Assembly (NCBI GenBank): GCA_937936785.1
Contig: CALDDQ010000011.1
Coordinates: 18,251-82,250 of the forward strand
Source: an uncultured Endomicrobiia bacterium
GTDB taxonomy: Bacteria > Elusimicrobiota > Endomicrobiia > DTEH01
Direction: 5' to 3'
Length of the DNA: 64,000 bases
The notes under the pieces: model-generated
What the model saw: only the letters and a program-made list of their open reading frames with translations
What the model was told of the DNA's origin: nothing
The model's database searches: none
Shown: one piece after another, positions 26,377 to 36,086 of the stretch
Layout: each line of letters opens with the position of its first letter
Numbering within the stretch: position 1 is the stretch's first letter
Translations under genes and position numbers: made by a program

Positions 26377-27045
26377 CTATCTCTCTGACAAGAGTTTTAT
26401 TCTTTCTTTATTTATAATCTTTATTTTATTATTATAACTACGAACTAAGTAATTAAGTTTTTCTAACAAACTTATTATCCTTGAAACAGTTTCTCTATTA
26501 GCCCCAACTTTTTCTGCAAGTTCTGTTATAGAAATATTAACATTTCCATCTTTACCTAGAAATTCTAACAATGTCTGACTAACCCGTGCTAAAACAGGTT
26601 TAAAAACTAAATTTTTTATCTCGTGATCTGCAGAAAGTAATCTTTTAGATAATATCTTAATAATATTCATAGCAATTGAAGTGTTTCTCGCAATTAAATT
26701 GTAAAAATCTTTAAACCTAATGACTCCTACAACAGTTGGCTCTATGCATTCACACGTAGCGGACCGCATTCCAGTAAAAAAACCTATTTCACCTAAAACA
26801 TTACCTGACTGCAAATAATCAATTATTTTTTTCTTATTTTTTTCTCCTAAATAAACCACTACCTTGCCTGAAATTATAAAATATATGTCTTTTCCAAAAG
26901 TTGATTCAATAATAATTTTTTCTCCACGATTATAAAATTTTTGTTTTATCAAAGAAGCAATTTCTAACAATTCTTTCTTTTCTAATCCAGAAAATAATAC
27001 CGACTTTGAAATGTATCTGTATAATAACTTATTTTTTGATTTCAT
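26377..27045 (-). CDS. Crp/Fnr family transcriptional regulator (cNMP-binding domain + HTH)
   Basis: 222 aa. The cNMP-binding fold has GEIGFF...MRSATC (the Gly-Glu and Arg-Ser-Ala contacts as in CRP). The C-terminal HTH is ITELAEKVGANRETVSRIISLLEK. The ATG overlaps the DUF502 stop (ATGA). Confidence 0.88.
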   Translation of the reverse strand: MKSKNKLLYRYISKSVLFSGLEKKELLEIASLIKQKFYNRGEKIIIESTFGKDIYFIISGKVVVYLGEKNKKKIIDYLQSGNVLGEIGFFTGMRSATCECIEPTVVGVIRFKDFYNLIARNTSIAMNIIKILSKRLLSADHEIKNLVFKPVLARVSQTLLEFLGKDGNVNISITELAEKVGANRETVSRIISLLEKLNYLVRSYNNKIKIINKERIKLLSER

Positions 27046-27650
27046 TGTAAATATTTCTCTAATTCTTCAGAACTTATAACACCTCCAGACACCACTACTT
27101 TTAAAGCATCCTCTATGCTTAAACTTGTATTTATTATATCATTTTTATTTACAAAAATAAAAAAACCTGTAGTTGGATTTGGAGTAGAAGGGACAAAAAG
27201 TCCTACACGGTTCATCTTTTCAAAATCTGTAGTAACTATACCTATACTATAGATACCTTTTCTTGGATATTCTATTAAAACTACTTTGTTCCATTTATAT
27301 CTGTTATATTCAAATATAAAATTTATCAATCTTTTGGATGATATATAAATATCTTTTATTAAAGGAATATTTTCTAACATATTCTCTATCAACGACAATA
27401 TTTTTTTTCCAAAAATGTTGTTTGCTAAAAGTCCTATTGAATAAATTAAAAACATTGAAACAAAAAAACTTATAAAACGTATAAATATCTCATTTTCTAT
27501 CCCTAATACGTATATGGAAATCCCCGCAACAAACGGTCTTGCAATATTTGATACCCAACGTGTAAAAATTAGTATAATAAAAAAAGTTATCCATAACGGA
27601 AGTAAAATTAGTATTCCTGTTAAAATATTTTTCTTAACCTGTTTTTGCAT
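27042..27650 (-). CDS. DUF502 family membrane protein
   Basis: 202 aa; N-terminus MQKQVKKNILTGILILLPLWITFFII and a second TM, then a soluble domain ending PTTGFFIFV, as in DUF502 proteins. Confidence 0.7.
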   Translation of the reverse strand: MQKQVKKNILTGILILLPLWITFFIILIFTRWVSNIARPFVAGISIYVLGIENEIFIRFISFFVSMFLIYSIGLLANNIFGKKILSLIENMLENIPLIKDIYISSKRLINFIFEYNRYKWNKVVLIEYPRKGIYSIGIVTTDFEKMNRVGLFVPSTPNPTTGFFIFVNKNDIINTSLSIEDALKVVVSGGVISSEELEKYLQ

Positions 27651-27652
27651 TT

Positions 27653-28138
27653 TTATTTAAATAAATATCTTACTCCTAACGATGGAGCTAATGATATTGA
27701 TGTCTTAGGGCTAAAATCTATTACTGGAGCAAGTATGGTAAAAATTGTAAATGGGATTTCTTCAAACCTGTATTCCGCACCTAAAATAAATCTTATCCCG
27801 AAAATGTTTTCTATCATTGATATATAATTTTTAGATTCTAACTTAAGACCTATGCCCCAATAAAATGGTAGTTCTCCTGTTAAATCTTTTTTTTGAATAA
27901 ATTTGTGGTCTTTTATTAAATAATCTATGTGAAAATAAAAATATTCTTCCTTTGTGTTAAAATTTATAGCCATAGATATAGAATCTGATTTTTTGTCTTT
28001 TAAACTAAATCTGTCTATTTCAAAACTTAATCCCTCTGGATTACCAAGTATAATTCCAACACCATATTTTGTATCTTTAGAATATAACATACTAAATAAA
28101 AATAATGTATAAAAAATTAATATAAGAATATTCCTCAT
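27653..28138 (-). CDS. Small secreted protein, probable outer-membrane beta-barrel
   Basis: 161 aa; signal peptide (MRNILILIFYTLFLFSMLYS), alternating hydrophobic strands, and the aromatic-rich C-terminus LGVRYLFK. AAGGAAG SD upstream. Confidence 0.5.
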   Translation of the reverse strand: MRNILILIFYTLFLFSMLYSKDTKYGVGIILGNPEGLSFEIDRFSLKDKKSDSISMAINFNTKEEYFYFHIDYLIKDHKFIQKKDLTGELPFYWGIGLKLESKNYISMIENIFGIRFILGAEYRFEEIPFTIFTILAPVIDFSPKTSISLAPSLGVRYLFK

Positions 28139-28169
28139 AATTATACTTCCTTAAGGTTATGTGTTTTTA

Positions 28170-28481
28170 TCACTCAATAACTTTTTCTACTTTAAAAAAT
28201 GTATTTAAAATTTCTGGAGCGTTTGCTAAAATTTCTTTTTGTAATTTAGTTTCTATGACAATATCTTCACGATAATTGTTGTTAACTTTGATTTCATCTT
28301 TTAAAAGTAAAACTGCATGTGAGATAGGTTTAACATTATCTGTGTTAACTTCTTTAAGTTTCGACATGTATCCTAAAATATTTTCTAATTGTTGTTCAAG
28401 TTTTGTAAGTTCACCTTCTGTCAATTTCAATCTTGACAGAAATGCTATATGTTTTACGTCTTCTTTTGTTATTATTTTCAT
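28170..28481 (-). CDS. gatC: Asp/Glu-tRNA amidotransferase subunit C
   Basis: The track ORF starts at TTG 28532. The ATG at 28481 gives MKIITKEDVKHIAFLSRLKLTEGELTKLEQQLENILGYMSKLKEVNTDNVKP..., the canonical GatC N-terminus, at about 103 aa. Confidence 0.85.
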   Translation of the reverse strand: MKIITKEDVKHIAFLSRLKLTEGELTKLEQQLENILGYMSKLKEVNTDNVKPISHAVLLLKDEIKVNNNYREDIVIETKLQKEILANAPEILNTFFKVEKVIE

Positions 28482-28528
28482 ATTTTTAAAATTTATAAAG
28501 TTGTTTTTATAATGATTATAATTTAATT

Positions 28529-30736
28529 TCAATATCCAACTTTTTTTAAATTTGTATAACCTAAGTGTAACTTTCTTTTTTCTCCATCAGTAAAAATGAC
28601 AACAACTTTGTCTCCGGAAGGATCCCTAAAAATATCCAACACACGACCAATACCAAATTTATCATGTTGAACATATTCTCCTGAACGTAAGTTTTCAATT
28701 TTTACTTGAGACTCTAAATTAGTATTTTTATCTAAACAATTTTTTTCTTGTTTTGTTTCTTGTTCTGAACTAATTTTATCAAAAAAATTTAATATTTCAT
28801 TAACAAACCTTGATGGGTGTAAATGTGTCTCGACACCCCACAGCCGTCTTGTTGAAGAATATGTTAAAAACAATTTTTTTCTAGCACGAGTAATTCCTAC
28901 ATAACACAACCTACGTTCTTCTTCAATATCAAGTATGTGGCCATTAACTGCCCACCAAACAGGAAATATCCGTTCTTCAAGACCAGTTATAAAAACTACG
29001 TCAAATTCTAACCCTTTCGCTGCATGAATAGTCATTAAAGAAACATGCTCGTTTTTTTTAAATAAATTGTTTATATCAGAAGTTTCTGTTAAATCTACTT
29101 TCGTTAACAAAGATACCCGCGTTAAAAATTCCTCCAAAGTCTGAATGTTATCATCAATTTCATAATTTTTTGCAGCTGAAATTAATTCTTCAATATTTGC
29201 AATCTTATCTAATATTTTTGGATCGTTGTGAGTTTCACCCAACCTTTCCTGCAACATTTTTGAATATCCAGATTTTTCTAATACTAATCTTATCAACTCT
29301 GATGGCAACATAGTTTCAGAACTTGTTTTCAATATGTTATATAAACCCAAAAATTTCCAGATAGAATTTTTTACTTTCAACGATAATTCTGTTTCATCAA
29401 CTTTTATTACTTGTTCCCATAATGAACTGTTTTTTTCCTTTGACAATGCATCTAAATACGCAACCGTTGTGTCACTTATACCACGAGATGGATTGTTTAT
29501 ACAACGTTTTAAAGAAATGTTGTCATTAGGATTTACTAAAATTTTTAAATATGCTAAAATATCTTTAATCTCTTGTCTTTCATAAAAACCTACCGAACCA
29601 ATAATTTTATAAGGAATACCTTCAGATTGAAATATCTCTTCAAAAACTCTTGATTGTGCGTTTGTCCTATAAAAAACTGCTATATTGTTTAGTTCATATT
29701 TGTCCTTAAAATTTTCAATTTGTCTTGCTACAAACCTTGCTTCGTCGTATTCAGTGTTAAATTTTAAAACTTTAACATCGTTTATTGAACAATCATCATT
29801 ATCAGTCCATAATTTTTTTTTTGCACGGTGTGAATTGTTTGATATTAAAGCATTAGCAATTTCTAAAATAATTTTTGTAGAACGATGATTTTTTTCTAAC
29901 TTAAATTCTTTGGCATTTGAAAATTCTTTTTTAAAGTTTAATAAATAACTAACATCAGCACCACGCCATGAATATATTGCTTGATCATCATCTCCAACAA
30001 CACAAATATTGTTATGTTTTGAAGATAATATCTTTGACAGTGTCGCTTGAGATAAGTTCACATCTTGATACTCATCAATAAGTATGTATCTAAATTTTTC
30101 CGTATAATATTCTCTTATTTTACTATTATTTCTCAGGACTTCAACGGTTTTCATTATTAAGTCACCAAAATCTAATGCATTAGATTTCTTAAGTTTCTCT
30201 TGATATCTAATATATATTTCAGAAACAATATCTCTAAACGGATCTTTATATATAAGAGTATTAATTTTATATGATTCACTGTCTAACAAACTATCTTTTG
30301 CACGGTTTATCATATCTTTTATTACATCTAAACTTAATTCTTTTTCAGAAACAAGCATCTCTTTCATACACTCTTTTATTACTTGTTTTTGTTCTATCTC
30401 ATCATAAATAACAAAGTTTTTGTCTAATTCTATATTTAACGCTTCTTTTCGTAAAAAAGTTGCACAAAAAGAGTGAAATGTTGATACCCAAACTTGTTCT
30501 CCTTTTCCTAAAACAAGTTTTGCAATACGTCGTTTCATCTCATCTGCAGCTTTGTTTGTAAATGTCATCGCAAGAATGTTTTTAGGATTTACTCCTAAAC
30601 TTAACAAATATGCTATTCTATACGTTATAACTCTCGTTTTACCACTACCTGCTCCAGCAAATATTACTACTGGACCTTCAGTGTGTTTCACAATTTTTAT
30701 TTGTTCTTCGTTTAAATGTTGAAATAAATTGTTCAT
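28529..30736 (-). CDS. pcrA: UvrD/PcrA/Rep family ATP-dependent DNA helicase
   Basis: 735 aa; Walker A AGAGSGKT, TFTNKAA, LIDEYQD, VGDDDQAIYSWRGA, TIHAAKGLEF and YVGITRA. The Tudor-like C-terminal tail is VQHDKFGIGRVL. Confidence 0.92.
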   Translation of the reverse strand: MNNLFQHLNEEQIKIVKHTEGPVVIFAGAGSGKTRVITYRIAYLLSLGVNPKNILAMTFTNKAADEMKRRIAKLVLGKGEQVWVSTFHSFCATFLRKEALNIELDKNFVIYDEIEQKQVIKECMKEMLVSEKELSLDVIKDMINRAKDSLLDSESYKINTLIYKDPFRDIVSEIYIRYQEKLKKSNALDFGDLIMKTVEVLRNNSKIREYYTEKFRYILIDEYQDVNLSQATLSKILSSKHNNICVVGDDDQAIYSWRGADVSYLLNFKKEFSNAKEFKLEKNHRSTKIILEIANALISNNSHRAKKKLWTDNDDCSINDVKVLKFNTEYDEARFVARQIENFKDKYELNNIAVFYRTNAQSRVFEEIFQSEGIPYKIIGSVGFYERQEIKDILAYLKILVNPNDNISLKRCINNPSRGISDTTVAYLDALSKEKNSSLWEQVIKVDETELSLKVKNSIWKFLGLYNILKTSSETMLPSELIRLVLEKSGYSKMLQERLGETHNDPKILDKIANIEELISAAKNYEIDDNIQTLEEFLTRVSLLTKVDLTETSDINNLFKKNEHVSLMTIHAAKGLEFDVVFITGLEERIFPVWWAVNGHILDIEEERRLCYVGITRARKKLFLTYSSTRRLWGVETHLHPSRFVNEILNFFDKISSEQETKQEKNCLDKNTNLESQVKIENLRSGEYVQHDKFGIGRVLDIFRDPSGDKVVVIFTDGEKRKLHLGYTNLKKVGY

Positions 30737-30738
30737 TT

Positions 30739-31908
30739 TTATTTGTGTTCCAAAACCGTTACAGTTTCTAAATGTTTTGTAAATGGGAACATATCAACTG
30801 GAATAACTTTTTTTATTTTATAAAATCTTACAAACGTTTTCAAATCTTCTTTCAAAGTTTCTAAATTACAAGATACATATACAATTTTTCCTACACCACT
30901 CTCAGATATCTCTGTTAAAACTCTCTTGCTAAGTCCAGCCCTCGGCGGATCTACTATTATAGTAGAAAGTTCTGTTGCAAATTTTGATTTTGCAAGTTTT
31001 AAAATAAACGTTTCAGCATTTGTATTCTCAAATTCTACATTACTAATATTATTAAAATTAGCATTTTCATTAGCAATTAAAATATTTGTTTTTGACGAAT
31101 CTATACCAATAATTTTTTGTACTTTTTTAGCAACTTGTAAAGTTATACCTCCACTACCACAATATATATCTAACACATTACCACCTTCTGTCTGTTTTAC
31201 TACTATTTCATATAACTTTTCACAACAAGAAGTGTTTGTTTGAAAAAATGTAAGAGGAAATATTTTATATTTTATTTCATTTATTTTTTCTTCTATAAAA
31301 TCTTTTCCATATATTTTAAATATTTCATCTGTATATGCATTGTCAGAAACTTTATTGTTTATACAAACATATATAGAACCTATTTTTTCTTTTTCTATTA
31401 GTTTAGCAGATAAATTTTCAAATATTTTTTTTTCAAAATAATCAAATTGATATTTAGAACCTGTGATAACAATATTTACCATTAAATCATCAAAAGTCTT
31501 ACTATGACGTATCGAAACATATCGTATTTTCCCTTTGTGTAATATTATGTCATATGGCAAAATATTGTTTTCTTTCATCCATAATTTAACAATATCAAAC
31601 ACTTCTATAATTTTAGGATGAAAGTTATAACATTCTTTCAAATCAACTATTTTACTAAACTTACCCTTTTGTCTTAAACCTATAAAAATATTATCAACAG
31701 TTCCTCCAACTGCAAATTCCATCTTGTTTCTATAAAATTTTGTTGTTGGAGAAGGAATTATTTCTTCTACTTTTTCTATTACAAAATCACATAAAATTGT
31801 TTGTACATAATCTTGTTTTAATTTTAAATATTCTTCATATGACAACTCTAAATTATCACACCCACCACAAGTTTTATAATGCATACATATACTATTTTTA
31901 GTATTCAT
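30739..31908 (-). CDS. TrmA/RlmD family RNA (uracil-C5)-methyltransferase with Fe-S type Cys cluster, no TRAM domain
   Basis: N-terminal CMHYKTCGGC plus a later Cys, the SAM motif DIYCGSGG, then DPPRAG and the nucleophile region YVSCN. Confidence 0.82.
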   Translation of the reverse strand: MNTKNSICMHYKTCGGCDNLELSYEEYLKLKQDYVQTILCDFVIEKVEEIIPSPTTKFYRNKMEFAVGGTVDNIFIGLRQKGKFSKIVDLKECYNFHPKIIEVFDIVKLWMKENNILPYDIILHKGKIRYVSIRHSKTFDDLMVNIVITGSKYQFDYFEKKIFENLSAKLIEKEKIGSIYVCINNKVSDNAYTDEIFKIYGKDFIEEKINEIKYKIFPLTFFQTNTSCCEKLYEIVVKQTEGGNVLDIYCGSGGITLQVAKKVQKIIGIDSSKTNILIANENANFNNISNVEFENTNAETFILKLAKSKFATELSTIIVDPPRAGLSKRVLTEISESGVGKIVYVSCNLETLKEDLKTFVRFYKIKKVIPVDMFPFTKHLETVTVLEHK

Positions 31909-31926
31909 AATATTTTGCTTACTAAA

Positions 31927-33903
31927 TTATTCTCTCATCCTTTTTAACATAATTATCGCTTTTTCATTTTTAGGGTCTAATTCTAAAACTTTACCAAACT
32001 GTTGTGAAGCAAGATCTAATTGCCCCTCATAGTAATAAACTATGCCTAAATTTAATCTTGCATCAACTTGTTGTGGATTAATCTCTATTGATCTAGAATA
32101 TGCTTTTATTGCATTTTGTCTTTGTCCGGTTAAAAACATAATATTTCCTAAATTGTTATATGCAGCAAAAGATTGCGGATTTAGTTTTATTGCTAAAAAA
32201 TAGTTTTCTATTGCTAAATCAAATTGTTTCTCTTTTGCATAAATCCAGGCTATTTTTTCATAAATTATTCCTTTGTCCGGAAACTTTTTTTTCAGTTCTA
32301 ACAATTCTTGTAAAGTTTTTTCTTTGTCCAAGATTTTTTCGTCAAAAAAATCTTGTTGTTTGTCCAATTTATATTTTGCAACATAAGGTCTTAAAATATG
32401 TTGTAACACACCATTGCCAATATCTTCAATAGAAAAATTTATACCTTTTTTAGAAACACTTGCATAACTTAAAAAAATTATTCTCTTTTGAGAAACATCT
32501 ACAGAAACAATCCCTAATATAAAAATAGTAAAAAAAATCAGTAATACTTTTATAAATCTTTTCTTAAAAAAGTTTAATTCTAATTCTTTTAGTTCACATA
32601 TTTCTCCTATTACCAATCCCATACTTGCAAAAATATATACTCCGGATATTATAAATCTCATATCCACACTAAAAAAATTTTGTACCAAAACTCCTATAAT
32701 AGCACTAACTAAACCATAAACTAAATACTTTTTTTTAAAAAATTCTGTGCTTAAAAAATTTTTTATACCTAAATTTTTATCTCTAAACTTTACTTCATTT
32801 TCAGAGATTGTAATATCATTAATTCTATTCTTACATTTAAAAACTTCATAAAAAAATATAATAAATATACTACAAAATAATAAAAATCCAACTACACCTG
32901 TCTCTGCTAAAAGTTGCACATATTCATTATGAGCATCGTTTATAATAAACTGTTTTTGTGGCCAGATAGAACGCAAATTATCCGAGGCAAAGTTGATAAA
33001 TTCTAAATGAAATTTTCCAATTCCTATTCCATAAATAGGTTTACTTAACCACATTTTTATTGTATCTAACCATATTAAAAAATGTGCCTGTTGTCTTGAC
33101 CAAATATCTTTTGTATAAAAAATAAATATTACAAAAACTATTAAAATACTTATTAGATAAACAAATTTTTTTCTCGATCTTATAGTTAAGTAAATCAAAA
33201 CACAAATTGATATTGTAAAACCAATAAATGAAGCACGAGTTTTTGTATAGTATAACGTAAGCAAAGAAATTATAAATATAAAAAGTAATCCAAATATTTT
33301 CATTATATTTGATAATTTATTTTTTCTATAAATATTTTTATCAAAGTAAAACAATATTAAACTAATTAATATTGGTAGATAATTTACAATATGAACTGCA
33401 AAAAATATCGGATTGCCAAACATACTCATAACTCTATCCATCTTCGGCACTTCAAAAATCCAAACTCTACCATAATGTTGAGAATAACCATATAAAACTG
33501 CTAACCCAGAACCAAAAATCCAACTTAATAACAAGATTTTGTAATACTTAGAATTTATTAAAGAAATTATAAAAAACACTAAAAAACATAATATCCACCT
33601 TTTTAATTCTGTAAAAGAAATTGCATGATCATAGGCAAAATAATAATGTAAAATAATATATCCTAACATAAAACTTATTGGAACATAAACTTTTGTTTTT
33701 CTAAAACAAATAGTTGCATTTATGATAAATATAAATATTATCGTTGCTACTGATAAAAAAATCAGTAACTCTATTGCTAATAATTTAGGTCGTGTTATCT
33801 GTATATCAGGAATTATTGGTACAATAATAAAAAATATTGAAAACAATACAGTTAAAAAAACTGACAACAAATCAAATTTATTACTGTTTTTGCAAATATG
33901 CAT
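31927..33903 (-). CDS. O-antigen ligase (Wzy_C)-like polytopic membrane protein with C-terminal TPR repeats
   Basis: 658 aa with roughly a dozen TM helices. The C-terminal TPRs are AIENYFLAIKLNPQSFAAYNNLGNI..., AIKAYSRSIEINPQQVDARLNLGIVYY... and FGKVLELDPKNEKA. Confidence 0.75.
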   Translation of the reverse strand: MHICKNSNKFDLLSVFLTVLFSIFFIIVPIIPDIQITRPKLLAIELLIFLSVATIIFIFIINATICFRKTKVYVPISFMLGYIILHYYFAYDHAISFTELKRWILCFLVFFIISLINSKYYKILLLSWIFGSGLAVLYGYSQHYGRVWIFEVPKMDRVMSMFGNPIFFAVHIVNYLPILISLILFYFDKNIYRKNKLSNIMKIFGLLFIFIISLLTLYYTKTRASFIGFTISICVLIYLTIRSRKKFVYLISILIVFVIFIFYTKDIWSRQQAHFLIWLDTIKMWLSKPIYGIGIGKFHLEFINFASDNLRSIWPQKQFIINDAHNEYVQLLAETGVVGFLLFCSIFIIFFYEVFKCKNRINDITISENEVKFRDKNLGIKNFLSTEFFKKKYLVYGLVSAIIGVLVQNFFSVDMRFIISGVYIFASMGLVIGEICELKELELNFFKKRFIKVLLIFFTIFILGIVSVDVSQKRIIFLSYASVSKKGINFSIEDIGNGVLQHILRPYVAKYKLDKQQDFFDEKILDKEKTLQELLELKKKFPDKGIIYEKIAWIYAKEKQFDLAIENYFLAIKLNPQSFAAYNNLGNIMFLTGQRQNAIKAYSRSIEINPQQVDARLNLGIVYYYEGQLDLASQQFGKVLELDPKNEKAIIMLKRMRE

Positions 33904-33910
33904 ATTTTAA

Positions 33911-35374
33911 TTAGTTAGTTTCTAAATCGTTAATTATTCTTCTGACTAAAGATTCTGCTTCAGATTTAGTTGAAATTTTCTTCAAAAACTGCGCTTCTCT
34001 AACTTGTTCTAATATTTTACCAATCATAGGTCCTTCAGATAAACCAAACTTTTTTATTAAAACTGTGCCATCAATCAATTTTGGTATTGATTTATTCTTT
34101 TTATAATCACAATATTTTTTTATAATTTTTTTTACAAACTTTTTAAAAACAGGCATCTCATTTAATTCTAAATCTTTTTTTCGTTCTGGAATTGAATCAT
34201 AAGAATATCTATCCGCTAAAGATATTATTATTAAAGGAAAAATCTTGTCATCTAACTGATTAAATAATCTAAATATTCCTTTTTCTGTTAACTCTTTTGC
34301 ATGACATAAATTGCCAATACGCATATGATTTTCTACTAAACTACAGATTAACTCTGTCTCGTTATTGCTTATTTTCATCCTTTTTAAAATTTTATAAGTT
34401 ATTTCTTTTGACTTCTCTTCATGATAAAAAAATCTTATTCTACCATCAATATTTTTTAATACATGAGGTTTTGCTATATCATGAAATAAGCTCGCCATTT
34501 TTATATCAAAAACTGCGTTTGGATATTTTTTTAAATATTCTGTTACACTTTTACTATGAACACCAAGTATTAATTTTAAATTTTCTAAAACAAATTCTAC
34601 CTTTTTATATGTTAATTTTATATGTTGCCAAAGACCTTCTTTATGAAAATAAAATTTTTTAAATTTGGTATTTTTACCTTTTTGTTTTACAAATTTAATC
34701 TCAGAAAAAATAGAGTCTAAAATTTTATTTTTATCCATCCACTCTAAAACATTATAAGATTTAACACTGAATATTTTTTTTAATTCATCAACAATTCTCT
34801 CTTTAGATATCTTGTTTAACTTTTTAACATTTTTTCTAACTTCCTGTTCTACATTGGCATCCGGATGAAAACCAATACTCATAAACCTTGCCGCACGTAA
34901 TATTCTTAATGCATCGTCACTTAAAGAATTTTTGTTTACTAACTTTATTTTCTTTTGTTTTATATCCTTTATACCATTAAAATAATCTACTACTTTACTA
35001 ACATCAAATTTATTTTTAGAATATTGTGTTATAAATTCAGATAAAGGCATAAATAAAGTGTTTATTGTAAAATCTCTTCTAATAATATCTTTATATAAAT
35101 CTTTATAGTTAGAGAAATCTATTCTCACTTCATCATCTTTTGATATTACTCTATAAATTTTATTTTTTTCATCCAACACAATAAATGGTAAACTATATTT
35201 CGTACAAATTTTTTTTAGATTGTTTACCTTAAGATTTTTTACTATTATATCTATGTCACAACTTTTTTTAATGGAATACTTTTTTTGCATTAAAATATCT
35301 CTAAAAATTCCACCTACTACATAAATTTCTTTAAACTGTAAATTGACAATTCTTAAAATTTCAATTGTTTTCAC
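33911..35374 (-). CDS. cca: CCA-adding tRNA nucleotidyltransferase / poly(A) polymerase family with HD domain
   Basis: VVGGIFRDILM, DIDI, RDFTINTLF and LRAARF head-domain motifs, plus the HD region SLFHDIAKP. GTG start at 35374. The tRNA-Leu in this window lacks an encoded CCA, consistent with a need for this enzyme. Confidence 0.85.
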   Translation of the reverse strand: MKTIEILRIVNLQFKEIYVVGGIFRDILMQKKYSIKKSCDIDIIVKNLKVNNLKKICTKYSLPFIVLDEKNKIYRVISKDDEVRIDFSNYKDLYKDIIRRDFTINTLFMPLSEFITQYSKNKFDVSKVVDYFNGIKDIKQKKIKLVNKNSLSDDALRILRAARFMSIGFHPDANVEQEVRKNVKKLNKISKERIVDELKKIFSVKSYNVLEWMDKNKILDSIFSEIKFVKQKGKNTKFKKFYFHKEGLWQHIKLTYKKVEFVLENLKLILGVHSKSVTEYLKKYPNAVFDIKMASLFHDIAKPHVLKNIDGRIRFFYHEEKSKEITYKILKRMKISNNETELICSLVENHMRIGNLCHAKELTEKGIFRLFNQLDDKIFPLIIISLADRYSYDSIPERKKDLELNEMPVFKKFVKKIIKKYCDYKKNKSIPKLIDGTVLIKKFGLSEGPMIGKILEQVREAQFLKKISTKSEAESLVRRIINDLETN

Positions 35375-36086
35375 ATATAACTCCTTTATTTATTTTAATA
35401 ATATTGTCACAAAAATATTCTGCTAAATCCTGGTCATGTGTAATAAAAATATAAGTTAAATTATATTTTTGTTTTATATCAATTAAATAATTTAATATCT
35501 GTGCTTGTAATGAAATGTCAAGAGAGGACAACGGTTCATCTAAAATTAAAAGTTTTGGTTTTAATATTATTGCACATAATATTGCTATACGTTGTTTCTG
35601 CCCTCCAGATAATTGATGTGGGTAGCAAGATAATATTTCTGCTGGAAGTTTCATATAATTTAAAAGTTCTAATATATGTTCTTTTATCTCGTAATTGTCA
35701 ATTTTATTATTATATAATTTAGCATATTGGTTTATTCTTTCTTCTAAAACAAATCTTATTTTATGTTTTGGGTTAAGAGAAGAATATGGGTTTTGAAATA
35801 CCATAGAAACATTTTTTGCAAGTTCTTTATGAGTCATATTTTTTATGTTTATGTTATTTAAAATAATTCTACCTGAATATTCCTCTTCAATTTTTGTAAT
35901 AAGTTTTGCAATTGTTGTTTTCCCTGACCCAGATGCTCCAAGAACACCTAAAACTTTGCCTTCTTCAAGTTCAAAAGTTATTTTTTCTAACACAAGTTTT
36001 CGTGACATAACACGACGTAATATTGAAGAATATACAGGATAACTTTTTGATACAGAATCAAATTTTAACAATAAACTATTTTTCAT
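35361..36086 (-). CDS. Peptide ABC transporter ATP-binding protein (OppF/DppF-like)
   Basis: Walker A GASGSGKT, signature LSGGQKQR and Walker B LILDEP. The track start (36104) is TTG; the ATG at 36086 (MKNSLLLKF) is preferred. Confidence 0.88.
   Translation of the reverse strand: MKNSLLLKFDSVSKSYPVYSSILRRVMSRKLVLEKITFELEEGKVLGVLGASGSGKTTIAKLITKIEEEYSGRIILNNINIKNMTHKELAKNVSMVFQNPYSSLNPKHKIRFVLEERINQYAKLYNNKIDNYEIKEHILELLNYMKLPAEILSCYPHQLSGGQKQRIAILCAIILKPKLLILDEPLSSLDISLQAQILNYLIDIKQKYNLTYIFITHDQDLAEYFCDNIIKINKGVICENN

Noticed and set aside
28160-28174. TGTGT-N5-TCACT just upstream of the outer-membrane-barrel-like gene, considered as an autoregulatory site for the Crp-family regulator.
   Set aside because: The spacer is 5 nt rather than 6 and both half-sites are imperfect. 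The whole gap is only 31 nt and is mostly SD, leaving no room for a promoter.
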